From the NCBI GenBank assembly GCA_001600695.1, contig BCKQ01000013.1, positions 126,045 to 190,044 on the forward strand: DNA of 64,000 nucleotides. The letters run 5' to 3'. Below are positions 57,638-64,000 of this stretch, piece by piece. This stretch comes from Ascoidea asiatica JCM 7603. Lineage: Eukaryota > Fungi > Ascomycota. Position numbers and translations under genes: made by a program. The number at the start of each line of letters is the position of its first letter. The stretch's first letter is position 1. The notes under the pieces are model-generated. The model was given only the letters and a program-made list of their open reading frames with translations. It had not been told where the DNA came from and did not search any database.

Positions 57638-59731
57638 ATGAAAGATTCTGATCTTTGTTCAATTTGTTTAGAACTATTAATAATTAAAAATGATGATGAT
57701 GATGATAATAATAATAATAATAACTTAAATATTGAAAATCCAAGTTTAATTGGAAAAATTTTACCATGTAATCATAATTATCATAATTATTGTATAAAAA
57801 ATTGGTTAAAAAAAGCAAATTCATGTCCTGAATGTAGAATAAATTTTACTAAAATTCAAATTATTGATATAAATAATAATAATAAATTAATTAATGAAAA
57901 TATAATTTCAAAAAATTATAATAATTTATTAAATATTTCAAATACATCCACTAATCTTAATCTTAATCACAATATCAATATCAATATCAATCATAACATA
58001 ATACCTCATTCTAATGATAACAACAACGACAACGACAACAACGAAGATGATGAAGATGATTATATTTTAAGAATTAATAATTTAATTTCAAATAAAATTA
58101 ATTGTACAATTTGTAATATACCTTCTTCAAAAAATACTGGTTTAGCTTTATGTTCTTCATGTTCAAATACTTTTCATCCATTTTGTTTAGGTATTCAAAT
58201 TTCAAATATTAATTTAAATCAATGGAATTGTCCAATGTGTGATAATTTACAAAATTCAAATATAACTATAGTTTTTAAAAAAACTTTTATACCTTTAAAT
58301 AATTTTATTACTACAACCAATACTATCGCCAATAGAAATAATAAAAATAAAAGAAAAATTAAAAATAATTTATCAAATTTAATTCAAAATGATTATTATA
58401 ATGAAGATTTTTTAAATTTTAATCAATTTAATAATTCTTATGATTATGATAATGATAACAACTTAGATTTTAATTATGATGATAATTATGATTATGATTA
58501 TGATTATGATTATGATTTTTCTTCTTTTCCATTATATAGTAAATCTAGAAAAGGTTTAAAATTAGTTTCAAATCCTGAAGATTATTATTCTGATAATGAC
58601 TTAGATAATTATAATGACTTAGATAATAACTTAGATAATAACTTAGATAATGATACTTATAACAATAATAATAATGAAAATAGAAATAGATTTAAAATTT
58701 CTAATAAAAATAATAAAATTAATTGTTTAATACCAAGTCCAAAATTATCAAATTCAATTTTATCAAATGAAGAAAATGAAGCTTGGAAAGATTTTGAATC
58801 TTTTAAAAATAATTTCTCAAATAAAGAATTAATTAATTCAAATAATCCTTTATCATTTAATACTAAAGATTCTAAAGATTCTAAAAATATTCAAAATATT
58901 CAAAATATTCAAAATAATAATGATTTAAATCATATAAATAAATCAATTATAAAATCAAATGATAATAAAATTAAAAAATTAAAAAGACCAAATAGAAAAG
59001 ATAATAAAAGAAAAAAATTAATATCTTTACAACAAAATAATAATATTCAATCTTCAAATTTAATATCATCTTCAACTTCAACTTCAACTTCAACTTCCAC
59101 TCCAAGCTCATCTTCAACTGTTAAATCTTTAATGATGAAAATGCAACATAAATTAAATAATAATACCCCCAATAATTTCAATAATATTTCTAATAAAAAT
59201 TCAATCACCAATAATAATTTCTTCTCAAATGGTAGAATTATTAAAAATTTTCAACAAACTTTATATGGTCAAATATCTCCTCCAATGTCACCTCCTCCAT
59301 TATCTCCAACTTTTGAAATTTCTTCAACATTTGATTCTAATTCAAAAATTTCTATAAAATCTGAAGATATTGAATTAAATCAAATTCAATCAATAAAAAA
59401 TGACAAAGGTAAAGAAAAAGAATCATTTCCATCAATAATAAAAACTGAAATTAATAATATTAATAATATTAATAATATTAATAATGAAATAACTTTAGAA
59501 GATAAAGGTAAACTTCAAACTATAATACGAGGAATTTTAACTCCTTTATATCAATCTGGTAAAATTAATGAAGAAATATATACAAATATAAATCAAAAAA
59601 CAAGTAGAAATTTATATAAATTATTAAATTTAAATAAATTTAATAATAAAGAATCATTTATTAAATTACAAAAAATTGCTGAAAATAATATTAAAGAAGA
59701 ATTAAAAATTTTAAATTCAAAAGATATATAA
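57638..59731 (+). CDS. ASR1: RING/PHD E3 ligase acting on RNA Pol II CTD
   Basis: RING-H2 (CSIC...PCNHNYHNYC...CPECR), PHD (CTIC...CSSCSNTFHPFC...WNCPMC), and a C-terminal SRI-like segment (LTPLYQSGKINEEIYTNINQKTSR). Confidence 0.85.
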   Translation: MKDSDLCSICLELLIIKNDDDDDNNNNNNLNIENPSLIGKILPCNHNYHNYCIKNWLKKANSCPECRINFTKIQIIDINNNNKLINENIISKNYNNLLNISNTSTNLNLNHNINININHNIIPHSNDNNNDNDNNEDDEDDYILRINNLISNKINCTICNIPSSKNTGLALCSSCSNTFHPFCLGIQISNINLNQWNCPMCDNLQNSNITIVFKKTFIPLNNFITTTNTIANRNNKNKRKIKNNLSNLIQNDYYNEDFLNFNQFNNSYDYDNDNNLDFNYDDNYDYDYDYDYDFSSFPLYSKSRKGLKLVSNPEDYYSDNDLDNYNDLDNNLDNNLDNDTYNNNNNENRNRFKISNKNNKINCLIPSPKLSNSILSNEENEAWKDFESFKNNFSNKELINSNNPLSFNTKDSKDSKNIQNIQNIQNNNDLNHINKSIIKSNDNKIKKLKRPNRKDNKRKKLISLQQNNNIQSSNLISSSTSTSTSTSTPSSSSTVKSLMMKMQHKLNNNTPNNFNNISNKNSITNNNFFSNGRIIKNFQQTLYGQISPPMSPPPLSPTFEISSTFDSNSKISIKSEDIELNQIQSIKNDKGKEKESFPSIIKTEINNINNINNINNEITLEDKGKLQTIIRGILTPLYQSGKINEEIYTNINQKTSRNLYKLLNLNKFNNKESFIKLQKIAENNIKEELKILNSKDI

Positions 59732-59929
59732 TTAATATAATATAATATAATATATTATATTATATTATATTTATATAGTAATGTCCCAATCAAATAGATT
59801 TTTTTTAAAAAACCATATTTTTAAATTCAACTTATTCCTTCATTGTAAAATATTGTATTTCTTTTGATTTATAAGAAAATATATTGTAGATTATAAATAA
59901 ATTTATAATTTAAAAATCTACTTATATTA

Positions 59930-61187
59930 TTAAAATAAATCTCTACCTCGTCTAGCTAATTCATCTGCAGCTTCATTACCTGGAATTCCACAATGTCCTC
60001 TAACATGTTGAAATTCCAATTTAGGAAAATTAATTTTTTGATAAAGTTCATTAATTTCATTAATTAAATTAACTCCAGGTTTAATTAAATCTAAATTTTT
60101 AATATCTTCACCACTTGGTAATTTCCAATTTTTTAATTGCCATTTTCGCCACCATAAAGTTAAACAATTAATTGAATACATACTATCAGTTAAAATTCTA
60201 TAATGATTATAATTTGCAATATTATCTATTTTAATATAAACTTGACCAAGTTCTTTTCTGATTAATAATAAAGCATGTAAAATTGCAGTAAGTTCTGCTC
60301 TTTGATTAGTTTGTTCTCCTAATACAGGACCTGAAAAATTTCTTGGATCATTTATTCCATAATAACAACCATAACCAGCTTTAGCATTAATTCTACCATT
60401 AAATTTAGAAGCTCCATCTGTATATATGTCCCAAGTTTTTATATGTTTCCGATAATCGAAATTAGCCTGACTATAGGCATAACCATTATTATAATTGTTA
60501 TTTTTAATTATTGGTTGAGGTAATGGAGAAGAAGCTGAGATTGGTCCAATTGAGCTGGATTTATTTACCGTAGAATCAAGGCCGTAAGAATAATCATTAT
60601 TTTTATTGAGATTCTTTATTGTTTCAGGATCAAGTGAAGTACATAGATTTTGATTTTGAATTTGATTTTGATTTTGATTTTGAATTTGATTTTGAATTTG
60701 ACTTTCTTTATTCAATTGAGAATTAGGTTTTTTAGGTTTATTTACTTTTTTATTTTGATTTCCAATTGAATTATTAGCTAATTTTTTCTTTTGTGCACGC
60801 GATTTTTTGCTAGGTGGAATTGGAGAATTTGGTGGTAAACTTTTAGATCTTGGTTTCTTTATAGGTTTACTTTTTGTGTATGGATCAGAAACTTTATGAG
60901 ATCCATTGACAAAACTCTCGGCTTGCAATAGGTTATTAAATTTTTTAAACTGGGCACCTTTAAAGCCAGTTACTTGATGAGAACATTCATCCCAAGTATT
61001 ATAAATTCCAGTATTATGTCCTTTAAGTGATTAAGAATAAGTTAGTATTTCTCAATATATAAAGATTTGATTTTTTTTCATTTTATTTAAAATTGAGGTT
61101 CTAATCTAATATTCAATTTGTTAGATTAGATAAAAAAAAAACTTATCACGAACCTTTTCTAACAGCATAGAATCCTACCTTTGCCAT
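59930..61187 (-). CDS. RNH1: Ribonuclease H1, 374 aa; exons 61187-61154 and 61020-59930
   Basis: The spliced N-terminus MAKVGFYAVRKG/HNTGIYNTWDECSHQVTGFKGAQFKKF is a hybrid-binding domain. Catalytic motifs IYTDGAS, TNQRAEL, ILTDS and HVRGH..GNEAADELA are present. The exons total 1125 nt, in frame. Confidence 0.93.
61021..61153 (-). other. Spliceosomal intron in RNH1 (133 nt, phase 1; GTTCGT...TACTAAC...AAG)
   Basis: Perfect TACTAAC at 61041-61047. These boundaries restore the conserved YAVRKGxxTGIY motif in frame. Confidence 0.87.
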
Positions 61188-61915
61188 TTCAAATGATGTT
61201 ATTTTACTTTTGATCTCTAGATTCTTTAAAAATGAACTGAGTTTCCTCATATGAGTTTTTATGAAATGAAATAAGTAAAATATATCAATTTCAATGTTTT
61301 TATCTACCAATCTCAAAACTGATAAATAAGCATTATCAATATTCTGACCATGATAGTTAACGTTAACGATACATTCAATATTTTGGTTCTCGATATTCTT
61401 ATTTAATTATTAAGCACGTGAAAAAACAGTTAGCGTTATCGGCATTTTCTTGTTACCAAAATTATGGATACAGTAATTACCATTCATGTGGTACTTTACT
61501 GAAATCGTTTTTGAATCCACTTTTACGGATTGTTTTCTATTTAAGTAGTGATTGTTAAAGTTATACCGAAAAAGATTAAGAAAATAAAGGAATTTCCAAT
61601 TGAGACTCAGAGACAAAATTAAGTAGATCAACTTCTTAAGAGGTTTTAATTTAGTCGAATAAACTTATAATAACAATAACAATTATGTTAATAGAAAAAG
61701 AATATCAAACATTCAATTGTTTATCTTTTAGATAATCTATTCATGAATTAAGATAGTTCTACAGAAGTTATGAAAAAAAAAATTAAACAAATGTTAAGAA
61801 TATTTATTCTATTGATAACTTTATATATAGGAATATAAAAAAAATCATAATGACATTAATAAATGAAAAATTGTAACGTTAAAAGGAAAACAAAAATTTA
61901 ATAAATCAAAGAAAT

Positions 61916-63034
61916 TTAAACATCATTACAATCTAAAACATAACGACCAGCAATTTTACCTTGTTCCATAAGATCATAAACCATTGGTAATTCTTTTAAT
62001 GGAACAACTTTGATTGGAGATTTAACTAAACCTCTGGTAAAGAAATCAATAGCTTCTCTAGTATCAGCTCTATTTCCAACATATGAACCTCTAATTTCAA
62101 TAGATTTAACAACATGAGAGAAAACTTCTGAACGACAGACTGCACCAGCTGGTAAACCAACTAAAACAACAACACCTGTTGGTCTAACAAATTCACAAGA
62201 TTGAGAAATTGCTTTATCAGAAACAGAAACATTAATGACACCATGTGGACCACCTTGAGTTGCTTCTTGAATTGCAGCAACAATATCTTTTTCTTTAGCA
62301 AAATCAATAAATGTTTCAGCACCTAAAGATTTAACCATTGCTTCTTTATCAGCACCAGTATCAATTGCAAGAACTCTATAACCCATGGCAGTTGCATATT
62401 GAACAGCTAATGAACCTAATCCTCCACCAGCACCAGAAACAGCTAACCATTGACCTTGAGCTGCACCAGCAGTTTTAATTGCTTTATAAACAGTAACACC
62501 AGCACATAAAATTGGTGCAATTTCAGCTAAGTCAGTATCTTTTGGGATTTTTGCAGCTTGAACAGCATCTGCAGTTGCATATTGTTGAAATGAACCATCA
62601 TGAGTATAACCAGATAAATCAGCTTGAAGACAATTTGGTTCATGACCTTTTTCACAAAATTCACATGACATACATGAACCATTTAACCATTTAATACCAG
62701 CATAATCACCAAGTTCAAAATTTTTAACTTCAGAACCTTTTGCAACTACAACACCTGCACCTTCATGACCACCAACTAAAGGTAATTTTGTAGCTAAAGG
62801 CCAATCACCTTTCCAAGCATGTAAATCAGTATGACAAACACCAGAATATTTAACATTAATTAAAATTTCATTTGGTTTTGGAGTTGGAACTGGAATATCT
62901 TTATATAATAATGGACCACCATTAGTTTCAAATATAACAGCTTTTTGAGTGGTTGGAATAGCTAATCTTCTAGCTAAAGAAGTTGAAAAATATCTTGGAG
63001 TTGAAAATTTTAAGGCAAGTGACTGTCTAAACAT
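61916..63034 (-). CDS. ADH3: Zinc-dependent alcohol dehydrogenase with mitochondrial presequence
   Basis: Contains [23 protein letters not shown], the structural-Zn cysteines and SGAGGGLG. The 24-aa Arg/Ser-rich acid-free leader has no second Met at the usual cytosolic start. Confidence 0.9.
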   Translation of the reverse strand: MFRQSLALKFSTPRYFSTSLARRLAIPTTQKAVIFETNGGPLLYKDIPVPTPKPNEILINVKYSGVCHTDLHAWKGDWPLATKLPLVGGHEGAGVVVAKGSEVKNFELGDYAGIKWLNGSCMSCEFCEKGHEPNCLQADLSGYTHDGSFQQYATADAVQAAKIPKDTDLAEIAPILCAGVTVYKAIKTAGAAQGQWLAVSGAGGGLGSLAVQYATAMGYRVLAIDTGADKEAMVKSLGAETFIDFAKEKDIVAAIQEATQGGPHGVINVSVSDKAISQSCEFVRPTGVVVLVGLPAGAVCRSEVFSHVVKSIEIRGSYVGNRADTREAIDFFTRGLVKSPIKVVPLKELPMVYDLMEQGKIAGRYVLDCNDV

Positions 63035-64000
63035 TTTGAATTATTTTAAAGTTATAAATGTAAATTAAGATAATTAATGAAGTTAATAATAATAATAATA
63101 AATAATCTGATTAATATATTTGTTTTCTTTTTCTTAATGCTTGAGAAAAATGATTAATTACTAATTGATTATATTGAATGAAGTAAAAGAACTAATAAAA
63201 AAAAAAGAAATAGTTTAATCTTTAAATTATGGGGAATCCTGAGATATATATATTCAGTATTTGAGCTAAACAAATCTAAAAAAGAAAGAGGAAAGAGTAG
63301 AACAGTTGGCTGGAAATAATCCTAGGTAAGTTATTAGTGGTAAAAGAGATGCAGTTACGTAAAATCAATAACTGAATTCAATAGTTCTTGCAAGCTTCCA
63401 AATAAACTCAAAAATGAAGTGCACCTAACAAAAATTGGGCTGGGTTCCACTCCGTTTATCTGCATTGTTAGATCTATCGGAGCACTCTAGTGGGGCTCTC
63501 CGCGACCTTCCCGTTAGCTGGCCGGATTATCTGCGACACTCTTTCTATCTGGACTTGAACTTTAGATTTCCTCGACAACGATCGATTGTTTTTGGTTGCA
63601 AGGTAAATCCTGTTAGTAAGGGTAATTTGTATTTATGTGGGTGTGTGCAGCTCCATACAGCCCAGCTTTGAGCTCGGCACAAACTGAGAGAGTCCGAGCA
63701 GCCAAACCCCAGGTTTGACTGGGTGTTTCGTCCGTTCTCCTCGGACTACGGTTTTGAGTGCATGAACCGTCTTTCGGAGTGTTCCCAAGAGGCATAACTA
63801 AAGAGTTTCGAGTAAATCTGGCGCAAAAGTGAGCGGAGCTGCTGGTTATTGCACACCCTAATTGGGCTTTCTATTTCTATATTTCGGAGAGTATAATACT
63901 TTCCAATATATAAACAATATAATTTGTGTTCGAATAGTAATAATATTTGATGAGTTATTATTACTATTCAATTCATGGAGTTTCTTTCAATTTTTCAGGA

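Noticed and set aside
2620-62694. Many short antisense or alternate-frame ORFs rich in I/L/Y inside large genes
   Set aside because: These are shadows of (AAT)n/(GAA)n codon repeats in the real ORFs.

Overview
Eukaryotic nuclear DNA from a very AT-rich budding yeast (Saccharomycotina). The evidence is mostly intronless genes, GTATGT/TACTAAC-type introns, three Zn2Cys6 factors, and pervasive poly-Asn tracts and microsatellites. The composition is reminiscent of Ascoidea-type genomes, but the species cannot be established from sequence alone. Gene order: FUM1 (3' part), PEX7, GYP7, TIM50, MED3-like, a RING-less Rad5/16-Lodestar-type SNF2 ATPase, NOC4, USE1, LYS14-like TF, PUF4, an orphan 325-aa ORF inside a 5-kb compositionally distinct gap, MCY1, CKS1 (spliced), intron-containing tRNA-Asn(GTT), SLD1, CTF1-like TF, DBP3, ARG81-like TF, ASR1, RNH1 (spliced) and a mitochondrial ADH. 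No CRISPR, rRNA or intact transposon was seen. The most notable signals are: (1) a 27-29-bp-period array of a bipartite motif, TGAGACCA-N4-CA(T/G)GG, which recurs in a second promoter 38 kb away; (2) an RNH1 intron with GTTCGT/AAG splice sites and an internal 10-bp hairpin; (3) a possible regional centromere or relic region between PUF4 and MCY1; (4) GC-rich promoter islands carrying homotypic motif clusters; (5) zones about 10 kb apart, near convergent gene ends, where the AT/low-complexity drift is relaxed. All gene names come from recalled motif similarity, not database searches.
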